From: Nitrospiraceae bacterium | GTDB taxonomy: Bacteria; Nitrospirota; Nitrospiria; Nitrospirales; Nitrospiraceae | Assembly (NCBI GenBank): GCA_005799365.1 | Contig: SYGV01000079.1 | Location: 990 to 64,989, forward strand | DNA length: 64,000 bases | Direction: 5' to 3' | Shown here: positions 8,473 to 17,897 of the stretch, piece by piece | Numbering within the stretch: the first letter of the stretch is position 1 | How the letters are laid out: every line of letters starts with the position of its first letter | Position numbers and translations under genes: made by a program | Notes under the pieces: generated by a model | Database searches by the model: none | Told to the model about the DNA's origin: nothing | The model's input: the letters and a program-made list of their open reading frames with translations, nothing else

Positions 8473-8634
8473 GGTGCGATCAGAAATCCCATCGGTCCCT
8501 TGTAGGCCTCTCCTGTCTCCCTGTCAAGGACAGACAAGCCTGGATTTCACGGCGATGATTCGGTAAGATGAGGCCCTGTCGCTGCATCGTGCATCACAAA
8601 CGATCACCGCCGGTGATCCTCGTTCGGAGGAGGA

Positions 8635-11600
8635 GTGACGGTTCGGACTCGGCCACTACTTCTCAGCCTGTTGGCGCTTCTTCTTCTCGCGGTTCTGGTT
8701 TTCCAGTTCCTCTTCGATCCGGCGCAATTCAAAGCCCTGCTGATCCAACAGGTCGAGGACCAGCTCGGCCGCAGGATGGAAGTCGGCGAAGCGCATTTTT
8801 CCCTGTTCCCCCGCATCCGGCTGGACCTCTCCGACGTCGTGATCCGGGACCTCGACCCCTCCCGCGTCTTTTTCAAAGCCAAAAAACTCGATCTGGTGTT
8901 GCGTTCCACTCCCTTGCTCCAACTTCGTGTCGTCATCAAACGGGTGCACGTCGAGCAACCGGAAGTGGCGCTGCACCGGAACCAGATGGGACGCTGGAAC
9001 TTCCGGTCCGGCGCAGCCGGCACGACGGACGGGAACCAAGAAGACCGTCACCCGCTGGCGGTGCTGTTGCTGATCCAGGAAGTCAAGGTCCTGGGCGGCC
9101 AGATCACGGTCCTGGACGAGTATCGCCCGGGAGGGGAACGGACGATCCGCCTGGGCGTGACCGACGCCCACCTGCTCAGAAACTCCCAGCAAGGGACGAC
9201 CGAGGTGACACTTGCGGCCACATTGCCCGGCGAGCAGGGCCTGTCCTCGCTCAGCCTGACGGGACACATGAGCCAAGAGCCGGCCCAGGCAGAACAGACG
9301 GCGAGCGGGATTCCGGCCTCCCAGCGCCTCAATTTCCAAGGCGATGCGGCGTTTCTGAACCTGGACTTGCGCCAGCTTGCGGACTTCTTCGGGCCCCGCC
9401 CGATCCCTCCGCTCATGCAGGGCGCCGCCAACTTGCGCGGCGCCCTCTCCATGAAACCGGGCGTCAAGGGCTACGACATCCTGTTGAGCAACATGCAAGC
9501 CGATGTCGGTAAGCTCATGCTCAAGGGGCAGGGCGGAGTCTCCGGACTCATGACGGGCCAGCCGACCTATTCCCTCACCTTTGCCTCCTCGCCGGTCGGG
9601 CTTGATGAACTGCAGCAACGCCTTCCTCTGCAATGGATTGATGCCCGGCTCCAGTCGGTCATCGACAAGCACGAGATCCGCGGCACGGTGGAAGTGGCCC
9701 AGGCCACGTTGACCACGACCGTCGGCGCCGATGTCCCTCCGTCGCTCACCGGGGAACTCCGTATCCGTGACGGCCATGCCCTGATCGGGGCCGACCGCAC
9801 CCCGATTGAAGACCTGGCCGCCTCCGTGGTGGTGGAGCCAGGCCGCATCAAAGCCACCGAACTCAGCGGCCGCTACGGCCCCCTGAGGGTCACGGCTGGG
9901 AAGGCCACCCTGGCCTTCCAGAAGACAGGGCCCTGGTTCGAACTGGATGTACCAGGAGCCATCCAGGCTGCGGATCTGGTGGCGTTTCTAAGCCGGACCT
10001 TGGGGACACAGACCTGGGTCCGCCGCCTGGCCGAACTGCGCGAGGTGCAAGGCGACGCGCTTCTGACCCTGCGGCTGGCCGGATTGCTGAACAGCGAGGA
10101 GGGGCTCCGGTTTATCGGCGGGGAGTTGGATGCGCACAACCTAAGCTTCCAAAGCCCCCACGTGCCGGATCGAGTGGAAGACGTCACCGGGCTGCTTCAG
10201 TTCACGCCCGCCAGCACCGTATTCACGCGGGTGGCCGGACGCCTTGGCCCAAGCTATCTCTCGGTGGACGGCACGATCGACACGGGAAAGGAAGTGGCCT
10301 ATCGCGACTTTGTCGTGAATGTCGCCGCGGACACGGCGCACCTCGAACGGCTCCTGCCGGACATCAAGTTCGTGACCAACGCCATGCAGGGAACGATCAC
10401 GGGAACCGTCACCCTGTCCGGCTCAACCGACCAGCCGGCCATGCGGGCGCGGCTGGACCTGAAAGACACGGCCATCCTGGTGCCGGGCCTCATCCAGAAA
10501 GCGACGGGGACCCCGGCGACGGTCGCCCTGGATACGGCCCTGGGCCGAGATCGGCGATGGAGTATTTCACACCTGGATTTGAACCTCCCCCCGCTGCACC
10601 TGGGCGGCAAGGGCCGCTTGCGACTGGGCGGCACATTCTCCATGGACCTGGCCCTGGCGGCGGAACCGCTTTCGCTGGCGGCGCTGCCGAAGGGGCTGGC
10701 AATGGGGGGGCTGGATGCGGGCACGCTGGAGGTGAGCCTCGACATCAAGGGCAAAGGCGCCAACTGGAAAACCTGGCAATACACGGGATGGGTGGCCCTC
10801 ACCAACGGCCTGCTCAGCCTCAAGGGGGTCGAGGCTCCGCTCCGCGACGTGTATCTGCGGCTGCAACTGGTCCGAAACGGGGCCGACATCAAGCGCCTGT
10901 CGTTCAAGATTAAGGACAGCGATATCCGACTGTCCGGCACCCTCCAGAACTGGTCGGCCCCCGTGGTCCAGGCCCGAGCCGAATCCGCCCAACTCGACCT
11001 GACCCTTGTGATCCCGGAAGGCGCCCGTTCGCCGCTCCGCCCCCTGCTCGAACAGGTGGCGGCCACCAGTCACGTCGCGGTGACGGCCAGCATCGGGCAG
11101 GGACAGTACAAGGGCCTGACATTGTCCACCCTCTCCGCCAAGGTCGGCATCGGCGACGGCGCCGTACATGTCGAGCAACTGGCCGGGGAGGTCTATGGAG
11201 GTCAGATTGCCGGACGCCTCTCGGTCCGGCTGCCTGCAGAGAAGCCGGCAGACTTGGATCTTGCCATCCGCGCCACGAACGTCCCCTGTGACAAGCTCTT
11301 GCAAGGCTTCGGCGACAAGAAGACGCAGGTCACGGGCAACTTTTCCGGCAGCGTGAGCCTCACAGGACACGGCCGGGACCCGAAGGGGGACTTGCACAGC
11401 CTGACCGGTTCGGCGGAGTTCGTCCTCACACACGGCCACATCCATCGGGGGAAAGTCGTGCCGCAGATCGTCAAAATTCTCAACCTCCCGGCCCTCCTGC
11501 AAGGCAAGGTGGACCTGGACAAGGAAGGCCTCCCGTTCGAGAAGCTGACCGCCGGCCTGTCAATCACGAATGGGGTCCTGGCCACCGAAAACTTCATCCT

Positions 11601-12000
11601 GGACGGTCATGTCCTGAAAATCACCGGGGTCGGCAGCTATGACCTAACGGCAGACCAGTTCGATGTCGTGGTGGCGGTCAGCCCTTTCGGCTCCTACGCA
11701 AAGCTCCTGCAAAGCATTCCGCTCTTTGGAAAACTCTTTGCCGGAGAACGCGAGGGATTCACCACGGCCCTCTTCGAGGTCAAGGGACCGCTGCAAGAAC
11801 CGACGGTGAGTTACATGCCCTTGAAGTCTTTGGCCACCGGCGTAATCGGCATGGCCCACCTCGCCTTCGACTTGCTGAAAAACACGATTCTCTTGCCGAA
11901 ACACCTGATCCCGCCGTCCGACGATGCCCAGACCGATCCTCCATCCAAGGGCTCGACTCCAGATCAGACCGTCCCTGCTCCGGGACCGGCCACGCCCTGA
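8635..12000 (+). CDS. AsmA-family / TamB-like large envelope protein
   Basis: 1121 aa. N-terminal anchor (LLLSLLALLLLAVLVF), an AsmA-like N-terminus (FDPAQFKALLIQQVEDQLGRRMEVGEAHFSLFPRIRLDL) and a long beta-rich body. GTG 8635 follows GGAGG. Confidence 0.8.
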   Translation: MTVRTRPLLLSLLALLLLAVLVFQFLFDPAQFKALLIQQVEDQLGRRMEVGEAHFSLFPRIRLDLSDVVIRDLDPSRVFFKAKKLDLVLRSTPLLQLRVVIKRVHVEQPEVALHRNQMGRWNFRSGAAGTTDGNQEDRHPLAVLLLIQEVKVLGGQITVLDEYRPGGERTIRLGVTDAHLLRNSQQGTTEVTLAATLPGEQGLSSLSLTGHMSQEPAQAEQTASGIPASQRLNFQGDAAFLNLDLRQLADFFGPRPIPPLMQGAANLRGALSMKPGVKGYDILLSNMQADVGKLMLKGQGGVSGLMTGQPTYSLTFASSPVGLDELQQRLPLQWIDARLQSVIDKHEIRGTVEVAQATLTTTVGADVPPSLTGELRIRDGHALIGADRTPIEDLAASVVVEPGRIKATELSGRYGPLRVTAGKATLAFQKTGPWFELDVPGAIQAADLVAFLSRTLGTQTWVRRLAELREVQGDALLTLRLAGLLNSEEGLRFIGGELDAHNLSFQSPHVPDRVEDVTGLLQFTPASTVFTRVAGRLGPSYLSVDGTIDTGKEVAYRDFVVNVAADTAHLERLLPDIKFVTNAMQGTITGTVTLSGSTDQPAMRARLDLKDTAILVPGLIQKATGTPATVALDTALGRDRRWSISHLDLNLPPLHLGGKGRLRLGGTFSMDLALAAEPLSLAALPKGLAMGGLDAGTLEVSLDIKGKGANWKTWQYTGWVALTNGLLSLKGVEAPLRDVYLRLQLVRNGADIKRLSFKIKDSDIRLSGTLQNWSAPVVQARAESAQLDLTLVIPEGARSPLRPLLEQVAATSHVAVTASIGQGQYKGLTLSTLSAKVGIGDGAVHVEQLAGEVYGGQIAGRLSVRLPAEKPADLDLAIRATNVPCDKLLQGFGDKKTQVTGNFSGSVSLTGHGRDPKGDLHSLTGSAEFVLTHGHIHRGKVVPQIVKILNLPALLQGKVDLDKEGLPFEKLTAGLSITNGVLATENFILDGHVLKITGVGSYDLTADQFDVVVAVSPFGSYAKLLQSIPLFGKLFAGEREGFTTALFEVKGPLQEPTVSYMPLKSLATGVIGMAHLAFDLLKNTILLPKHLIPPSDDAQTDPPSKGSTPDQTVPAPGPATP

Positions 12001-12038
12001 TCGTTCTTCCTGTTGCCCCCCACAGCGCGCCCCCACGG

Positions 12039-12067
12039 TTGACCCCCCTCGCCCCCCGTGATAGCAT
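12039..12067 (+). promoter_or_regulatory. Candidate sigma70 promoter of the M24 peptidase gene
   Basis: TTGACC (12039-12044), 17-bp spacer, TAGCAT (12062-12067), about 70 bp upstream of ATG 12136. Confidence 0.4.
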
Positions 12068-12135
12068 CGAGCTGCCTACGGGTTTTCATTCAGACCAGAG
12101 CCACTCTTCAGAATTGTCCAGACGGGAGCGTCCCC

Positions 12136-13266
12136 ATGTCGGCCGAGCATGTCACGCTCATGATCGCAGCCAGTGAATCCGACTCGAACCTCTTTTACGC
12201 CACCCGTTTCATGGCGCCGGACCCGTTTATCTTTCTGGAGATCAAAGGAGAGCGGGTCCTGATCATGAGCGATCTCGAAATGGATCGGGCCCGCAGCCAG
12301 GCGACGGTGGATCGGGTCCTCTCCTACTCGGAGTTGGAACGCCAAGTCCGCGGGAAGGGCGTGGCCGGCCCCGGCTCATCCGACCTCGTGCATGCGGTGT
12401 TGGAGTCGGAAGGGATCACGCGGCTTCTGGTTCCCGGCAACTTTCCCTACGCCCATGCGGCCCGCCTGCTCGAACTGGGCTACCGGCTCGAAACGAAGAA
12501 GGAGCCGTTTTTCGAACGCCGGGCTGTGAAGACCGGCGAGGAAGTTTGCCACATCGAAGCCGCCCAGCGCGCCACCGAAGAGGCGGTGGCCGCCGCCCAT
12601 GACGCGCTCCGTCGAACCACGATCAAGAAAGGGCTGCTCTGGCTGGACGGAGAGCCGCTGACCTCCGAGCGGATCAAGAAACTGATCAACGTGAAATTGA
12701 TGGAGCGGGATTGCGTCGCCCAGCACACGATCGTAGCCGGGGGAGAACAGGCCTGTGATCCCCACAACGAAGGTTCCGGCCCCTTGCCGGCGGATCGCAG
12801 CATCATCTTCGACGTCTTTCCCCGATCCGCTTCGTCCCGCTACTTTGCCGACATGTCGCGCACGGTCGTTCGCGGCACGCCTTCGCCGGACTTGAAACGC
12901 CTCTACCAGGCTGTGAAAGACGCCCAGGAAGAGGCGATCACCAAGATCCGTGACGGGGCCGACGGAGCAAAGATCCACCGGGGCATTTGTGAACGGTTCG
13001 AAGCCGCCGGCTACAAAACCGGCCTTGTGAACGGTCGGATGCAGGGGTACTTCCACGGAACCGGCCATGGGGTGGGGCTGGACATTCACGAGCCGCCGCG
13101 GATCAGCAAAACCGGATCGCCCCTGCAGGAAGGCCACGTCGTCACCGTCGAGCCGGGACTGTACTATCCCGGATTAGGCGCCGTCCGGATCGAAGACATG
13201 GTCCTGGTCACCGGCGACGGATGCCGGAACCTGACGGATTTCCCGAAGACGTTCGAATTGGATTGA
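12136..13266 (+). CDS. M24-family Xaa-Pro peptidase
   Basis: Metal-ligand motifs HGTGHGVGLDIHEPP, VEPG and RIED. ATG 12136 is chosen over the longer 12058 start. Confidence 0.85.
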   Translation: MSAEHVTLMIAASESDSNLFYATRFMAPDPFIFLEIKGERVLIMSDLEMDRARSQATVDRVLSYSELERQVRGKGVAGPGSSDLVHAVLESEGITRLLVPGNFPYAHAARLLELGYRLETKKEPFFERRAVKTGEEVCHIEAAQRATEEAVAAAHDALRRTTIKKGLLWLDGEPLTSERIKKLINVKLMERDCVAQHTIVAGGEQACDPHNEGSGPLPADRSIIFDVFPRSASSRYFADMSRTVVRGTPSPDLKRLYQAVKDAQEEAITKIRDGADGAKIHRGICERFEAAGYKTGLVNGRMQGYFHGTGHGVGLDIHEPPRISKTGSPLQEGHVVTVEPGLYYPGLGAVRIEDMVLVTGDGCRNLTDFPKTFELD

Positions 13267-13269
13267 GTC

Positions 13270-13340
13270 GACAGTATGCAGTGGTCGCTCCTCAGTGCTT
13301 CGGATTGTGCTACTTACTGTGTACTGAAAACTGACACCCA
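13270..13340. repeat. Stutter-word element (CAGTG words left, ACTG words right)
   Basis: GCAGTGGTCG and CTCAGTGC lie on the left; TTACTGTGTACTGAAAACTGACAC lies on the right. It sits between the peptidase stop and the sdhB-like start. Confidence 0.5.
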
Positions 13341-13346
13341 TCTTCT

Positions 13347-14342
13347 ATGCGCCTCACCTTCACGATCACCCGTTTCAATCCCGAGACAGACCCGCGCCCG
13401 CGCGACGAGCCCTACCGGCTGGACGTCGAACGCGGCCAGACGGTCCTGGAAGCCCTGATCCGGATCAAGCAGGAACAGGACGGGTCGCTGGCCCTCCGCT
13501 ATTCCTGCCGCTCCGCCATCTGCGGTTCCTGCGCGATGGACATCAACGGGGCCGAGAAGCTGGCCTGCCGGACGTCCGTCCGCAAAGAGATCGAGCGTCA
13601 CGGGCGCATCACCGTGGCCCCCTTGCGCAACTTGCCGGTCATCAAAGACCTCGTCGTGGACATGACATCCTTCTGGGGCAAGGTTCGCGCCGTGACCCCT
13701 TGGCTCTCCGCATCGGCCCTCGCGAGCCGGACAGAAACCGGCCGGACTCTGCGGCCGATGCTCTTACCGAGAGACCGCTACCAGTTCCATAACGTAGACG
13801 CCTGCATCATGTGCGGCGCCTGCGTCGCCGCCTGCACCTCGCACGAAGTGTCCCGCCGGTTTCTCGGCCCGGCGGCCCTGGCCAAAGCGGAACGGTTCCT
13901 CGCCGATCCGCGGGAGCCGGCGGACGCCAAACGGACGCGCCTCCGCTTCCTAGAGCAACCGGACGGCATCTGGGACTGTACCCGCTGCAATTTCTGTGTC
14001 GAGGTCTGCCCGAAAGACGTCCAACCCATGGAGGCCATCATCCGCCTGCGCCGCGTGGCCATCGAGGCGGGGCTGGCCCGTTCGGGGGGCGCGCGCCACA
14101 TCACCGGCTTCATGGCGCTGATCCGGCGGAGCGGGCGCCTGAACGAAGCCCTTATGCCATTGCAGGTGATCGGCTGCAATCTCCGCCGCCTGCTCCGCGT
14201 CGCGCCGCTCGGGCTCCGCATGCTGTGGCACGGCAAAGTGCCGAGCCCGCTGGCGCCGCCCATCCCCGGCATCGCGCAGATTCGAACCATCTTCAACTCG
14301 TTCGGCCACCTCAAGCGGATCACCCGAGCGGACCACACATGA
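13347..14342 (+). CDS. sdhB: Succinate dehydrogenase/fumarate reductase iron-sulfur subunit-like protein with C-terminal extension
   Basis: 2Fe-2S motif CRSAICGSC, plus cluster motifs CIMCGACVAAC and CTRCNFCVEVCP. 331 aa, about 90 aa longer than classical SdhB. Confidence 0.85.
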   Translation: MRLTFTITRFNPETDPRPRDEPYRLDVERGQTVLEALIRIKQEQDGSLALRYSCRSAICGSCAMDINGAEKLACRTSVRKEIERHGRITVAPLRNLPVIKDLVVDMTSFWGKVRAVTPWLSASALASRTETGRTLRPMLLPRDRYQFHNVDACIMCGACVAACTSHEVSRRFLGPAALAKAERFLADPREPADAKRTRLRFLEQPDGIWDCTRCNFCVEVCPKDVQPMEAIIRLRRVAIEAGLARSGGARHITGFMALIRRSGRLNEALMPLQVIGCNLRRLLRVAPLGLRMLWHGKVPSPLAPPIPGIAQIRTIFNSFGHLKRITRADHT

Positions 14343-14565
14343 CTTATCAGTATCGGATTCTAAACGATGTCGCGCTGGCGGATACCGCGTTCAAAGCGAC
14401 GGGGCATCATCGTCAAAGCCGTCTCCATGTCCGGCCTGGCCGAGGAGGCTGGGTTTGCCTACAAAAATATTTCCGAAGTCGTGGAGGCAGTGGATCGGGT
14501 GGGGATTACCAAAAAAAGTGGCGGCGCTTCGTCCGATCGGGAACATCAAAGGATAAAAACACCGT

Positions 14566-14679
14566 ATGGCCCTATGGATACTGATCATCGCCGCTCTCAT
14601 CGGCCTGATTCTGCTCTATGCGGCGTTGTTCTACTTAGCGAGCCGTACGCCAAGGCTCGCTCGGATTCTGACAAACTAA
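14566..14679 (+). CDS. Candidate 37-aa single-TM peptide
   Basis: MALWILIIAALIGLILLYAALFYLASRTPRLARILTN. It is below the ORF-track cutoff and has only a weak AAAGGA upstream. Confidence 0.3.
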   Translation: MALWILIIAALIGLILLYAALFYLASRTPRLARILTN

Positions 14680-14733
14680 GGCAAGGCGCGGGCAGCTATC
14701 ACGCCGCGGAACGAGCACAAATCGGGAGGCCTC

Positions 14734-14976
14734 ATGGCGATCAGACACCCACGCAAGGACTCATTCCGGCTGGCACCGGTCGGCGACGTGCCTCTCCGAA
14801 CGTTGCTCGACCAAGCCTTGCACGACTTCCGCCAGGCCCTTATCGATCGCGGCGTCTACAAAAACGGCCGCCGGGATCTGGACCGGGCGGTGAACGGCGC
14901 CAGGGACTTCGTAGATTTTCTTTTCGAGGGGCCCTGGGTGCTGGAAAAGGGGCGGCGGCGGTCGAAGCCCCGTTGA
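14734..14976 (+). CDS. Small hypothetical protein (80 aa)
   Basis: The ATG is preceded by GGGAGG at 5-nt spacing. Balanced amino-acid composition; no family recognised. Confidence 0.5.
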   Translation: MAIRHPRKDSFRLAPVGDVPLRTLLDQALHDFRQALIDRGVYKNGRRDLDRAVNGARDFVDFLFEGPWVLEKGRRRSKPR

Positions 14977-14987
14977 ATCCGAGTCGG

Positions 14988-15380
14988 ATGACGCGCTCCC
15001 TTCTCATCGCGCTGCCCCTCTCGTTGCTCGCCGCCTGCTCCCATCACATCCAGTTCATCGGCATCGCCGACGGCACGACCCTCACGGGCACGCACGACGT
15101 TTGGCGCCGAACGATTGCCGTCACCTTACCTTCCGGCGTCAGGCTGGAAGGTTCGTACCAGCCCCTCACCACTGGCTCGATCGGGGAGGGGTCGCTCTTC
15201 TTCGGCGCCAATATGGCCGAGCTGCTGGGACGCCCCATGAGCGGGCGTGCGCACGGCTATGCGCGCTTGACCGGCTCGGACAACAGGGTGCTGGAGATGG
15301 TCTTTGCGCTCGAGTGGATCGGGCAGGGCTACGGCGTGGCGAGGGTCAGCAGCGGAGAGGAGTATCGGGTGATGTTCTAA
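14988..15380 (+). CDS. Small lipoprotein, unknown function
   Basis: Lipobox LSLLAAC after MTRSLLIALP. It is the internal part of the composite ORF 14367..15380. Confidence 0.6.
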   Translation: MTRSLLIALPLSLLAACSHHIQFIGIADGTTLTGTHDVWRRTIAVTLPSGVRLEGSYQPLTTGSIGEGSLFFGANMAELLGRPMSGRAHGYARLTGSDNRVLEMVFALEWIGQGYGVARVSSGEEYRVMF

Positions 15381-15532
15381 GCGTCAGCCGATCGAGGGCG
15401 CAGACATGAGAAGCAAGAGGTCGTCGCTCATGCCGACAGCCTGACGTTCCTTGCCGCAGACCATCCTGCCGCTATCGCCAAGCAGCGCATCGCTGTGCTA
15501 GATTTTGACGCCGCTCACCAGACGAGGTCCAC

Positions 15533-16465
15533 ATGCCGCTGACATATGCCCTGTATCCAGGTTGCGCGGCCAAAGGCGCCACGCCGGAACTCTACCAGTC
15601 CACCATGGCCATCATCGGTCGGCTGGGCATCGAGGTGCAGGAACTGACCGCTTCCTCTTGCTGCGGGGCCGGTGTCGTGGGCGAGGGGGAGCCGGACGTC
15701 GCGCTGGCGCTCAACGCCAGAACGTTTGCGCAAGCCGAGCAGCTTGGGCTGGATGTGATGACCATCTGCGGGACCTGCCAGGGAGTGATGGGAGCGGCGA
15801 ACAAGCGCTTGAAGCAGGAGCCGGGGCTCCTGGATCGGATCAACCGGGTTCTGGAACGCGAGGGCCCCATCTACCGCGGCACGATTCAGGTCAAACATCT
15901 GCTGTGGATCGTGGTGCGCGAGGTCGGGCTGCACCGTCTCGGACAAGAAGTCCGAGTGCCCCTGAACGAATTCCGGATTGCGCCGTTCTACGGCTGCTAC
16001 ATCCTGCGCCCCTCCTGGGACCTGGGGTTCGACGACCCGGAAAATCCCACCTCGCTGGAGAAAGTCATCCGGGCCGCCAAAGGCGAACCGGTGGCCTATG
16101 TGGGCCGGACCAAGTGCTGTGGATTTCCCGTCATCCTGGAGCAGGAAGCCATCGCCGTCGCCATGGCGGGAACGAATATGAAAGAAGCGAAGGACAGCGG
16201 CGCCGATTTCATGGTCACGCCCTGCCCCCTCTGTCACATGAGCTTGGACATCTACCAGGACCGGGCGGGGCAGGCTGTCAATGCCAACCTGAGCCTTCCC
16301 ATCCTGCACTTACCCCAGTTGCTCGGGTTGGCGATGGGCATACCGGCCAAGGATTTGGGCGTCTCGCGTCATCTGGTGCCGGTTCACACGATTACCAGAG
16401 TCACGGAGTCACGTCGAATGCAGCTGACCGATCGTAAAGGAGTGGCGAGTCATGAAAATCATTAA
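15533..16465 (+). CDS. CCG-domain protein (HdrB / SdhE / GlpC-like redox subunit)
   Basis: Two cysteine-rich CCG motifs (SSCCGAG and KCCGFP, plus CPLC). 310 aa. Confidence 0.85.
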   Translation: MPLTYALYPGCAAKGATPELYQSTMAIIGRLGIEVQELTASSCCGAGVVGEGEPDVALALNARTFAQAEQLGLDVMTICGTCQGVMGAANKRLKQEPGLLDRINRVLEREGPIYRGTIQVKHLLWIVVREVGLHRLGQEVRVPLNEFRIAPFYGCYILRPSWDLGFDDPENPTSLEKVIRAAKGEPVAYVGRTKCCGFPVILEQEAIAVAMAGTNMKEAKDSGADFMVTPCPLCHMSLDIYQDRAGQAVNANLSLPILHLPQLLGLAMGIPAKDLGVSRHLVPVHTITRVTESRRMQLTDRKGVASHENH

Positions 16466-16769
16466 TCTCTTGGACTATCAGCAGTTTAGCAACGAAAAGA
16501 TGAAGAAGAACAATATCTTTCATTCGCCTCGCTTTTTCTGCGATGTCTATTGCTTCGAACCGGGGCAGGAACAGAAAGGCCACATTCATGGGGAGCAGGA
16601 CAAGGTCTATCTGGTGCTGGAAGGGCAGGGGACGTTCAAGGTGGGAGCCGAGGCGAAGGTGCTTGGACCGGGACAGGGGACGATGGCGCCGGCTGGCGAA
16701 GAGCATGGGGTGCTGAACCATACCGCCGGACGCTTGAAGGTCCTGGTGTTCGTCGCCCCAAACCCCTAA
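16452..16769 (+). CDS. Cupin-domain protein
   Basis: 105 aa. Cupin metal motif GHIHGEQDKVYLVLEG...EEHGV. Overlaps the upstream gene by 14 nt. Confidence 0.75.
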   Translation: MKIINLLDYQQFSNEKMKKNNIFHSPRFFCDVYCFEPGQEQKGHIHGEQDKVYLVLEGQGTFKVGAEAKVLGPGQGTMAPAGEEHGVLNHTAGRLKVLVFVAPNP

Positions 16770-16795
16770 CCCTCCTCCCTCAAAATAAACGGCGG

Positions 16796-16819
16796 GGCCG
16801 ACCGGAAACCGATCGACCC
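16796..16819. repeat. TTCCGG-core element (reverse orientation)
   Basis: The complement reads GGGTCGATCGGTTTCCGGTCGGCC, which matches GATCGGTTTCCGG at 46654-46664. It lies between the convergent cupin and nirK stops. Confidence 0.5.
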
Positions 16820-16845
16820 AGCCGGCGCGTTTGCAGAATACTATC

Positions 16846-17793
16846 TTACTGAGCCGGCTTCGGCGCGACCTCCCAGGGCGTCATGGGCATCAGCGGTGCC
16901 GGCTTGGCATCCGGCCCCACCAGCAGGACGGCAATCGCTCCCCGAAGGGCGCCGGTCAGGCTGTGCGTCACCAGCGGATAAGCGCCGGCCGATTCGGCCA
17001 CCACGTCGAAGGTTGCCGCGCTGCCCGGTCCCACCACGTAGGTCTGGACACCGTTCAGCTTGTTGTCGGGATTCCCGCTCTCGTAGACGTTATCCCAAAT
17101 CTCGCCGATCGGGTGGAACGCGGAAAACTCGTTCGGCCCCGCGTTGACGAAATAGATGCGGACCCGCTCGCCCGGCTTGGCGTCCAGCTTCCCGCCGCCG
17201 GTGACGAAGGGATGGTACTTGAAGATCCCACCGTTAAAGATCACGTTGTCAAACTTCCGGTCGAACATCGTCTGGACGTCGTCCGGGTTCTTGAAGAATT
17301 CCGACTGAACCAACACATATTCGCGATCCGCCTTCGGCCAGGCCTTGGCGTTCTTCGGGTCCACGATCACGGCCCCGAACATGCCGCGGGCCACGTGCTG
17401 GATCATGGGTGGGGCGCCACAGTGGTAAAAGAACAGGCCCGGCTTCTTGGCGACGAAGGTATAGCTGATCGTCTCGCCCGGATTGATCGCGCGGTAGTTC
17501 TTCAGGAAGTCGATTTCCGCCGCGTGGAAATCCATCGCATGCGGATAGGTGTTGGTCTTGGGGTTCTCCAGCGTAAACTTGATCGTGTCCCCCTCGGTGA
17601 CCCGCACAACCGGGCCTGGGAACTGGCCGTCGAACGTCCAGGCCTTGTAGGTCTCGCCCGAGCCTTCCACGACGACCTCGGTTTCCTTCGCCGTCATGTT
17701 CACTTCATGGGTCTTGGCCGCAGCCGGCTGGGCCGTGGCAAGCAGGCCTCCCATCACCAGCATGGCGCCAAGAGCTGAACGCATCCGCTTCAT
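16846..17793 (-). CDS. nirK: Copper-containing nitrite reductase
   Basis: Signal peptide. Type-1 Cu ligands in YHCGAPPMIQHVARGM (C-x7-H-x4-M). Type-2/catalytic motifs HAMDFHAA, FHPIGEIWD and THSL. GAGGAGG lies upstream of the ATG. Confidence 0.9.
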   Translation of the reverse strand: MKRMRSALGAMLVMGGLLATAQPAAAKTHEVNMTAKETEVVVEGSGETYKAWTFDGQFPGPVVRVTEGDTIKFTLENPKTNTYPHAMDFHAAEIDFLKNYRAINPGETISYTFVAKKPGLFFYHCGAPPMIQHVARGMFGAVIVDPKNAKAWPKADREYVLVQSEFFKNPDDVQTMFDRKFDNVIFNGGIFKYHPFVTGGGKLDAKPGERVRIYFVNAGPNEFSAFHPIGEIWDNVYESGNPDNKLNGVQTYVVGPGSAATFDVVAESAGAYPLVTHSLTGALRGAIAVLLVGPDAKPAPLMPMTPWEVAPKPAQ

Positions 17794-17873
17794 CCGCTAC
17801 CTCCTCGATGGATCGATGATACCAGCACACATGGCTTACCGTAGCCTGCAGGATAGCCTGCGGAGCCGCCGCA

Positions 17874-17897
17874 AAAACATGACCTATATTATGTTTT
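17874..17897. promoter_or_regulatory. Perfect 7-10-7 palindrome in the nirK upstream region (candidate operator)
   Basis: AAAACAT-N10-ATGTTTT, centred about 92 bp upstream of the nirK ATG and 15 bp after the Crp/Fnr stop. Confidence 0.4.

Noticed and set aside
14339-14584. An 81-codon ORF whose ATG overlaps the sdhB-like stop (ATGA). Its first 22 aa (MTYQYRILNDVALADTAFKATG) resemble an archease N-terminus.
   Set aside because: After residue ~22 the product turns into Arg/Gly-rich low-complexity sequence. Switching frame does not restore an archease-like continuation at the right spacing. It could be a decayed remnant, but the evidence is too thin to annotate.
14367-15380. A 337-aa ORF in the track spanning the whole sdhB/CCG spacer.
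   Set aside because: It is a composite open frame. Only its last 130 codons (from ATG 14988) look like a real protein (lipobox). The rest is Arg/Pro/Gly-rich and overlaps better small ORFs in other frames.
16770-16845. A classical rho-independent terminator between the convergent cupin and nirK genes.
   Set aside because: Only short, imperfect pairings were found (AAACG/CGTTT outer pair) and there is no U-tract. The spacer instead contains a TTCCGG-core repeat, which is annotated as such.
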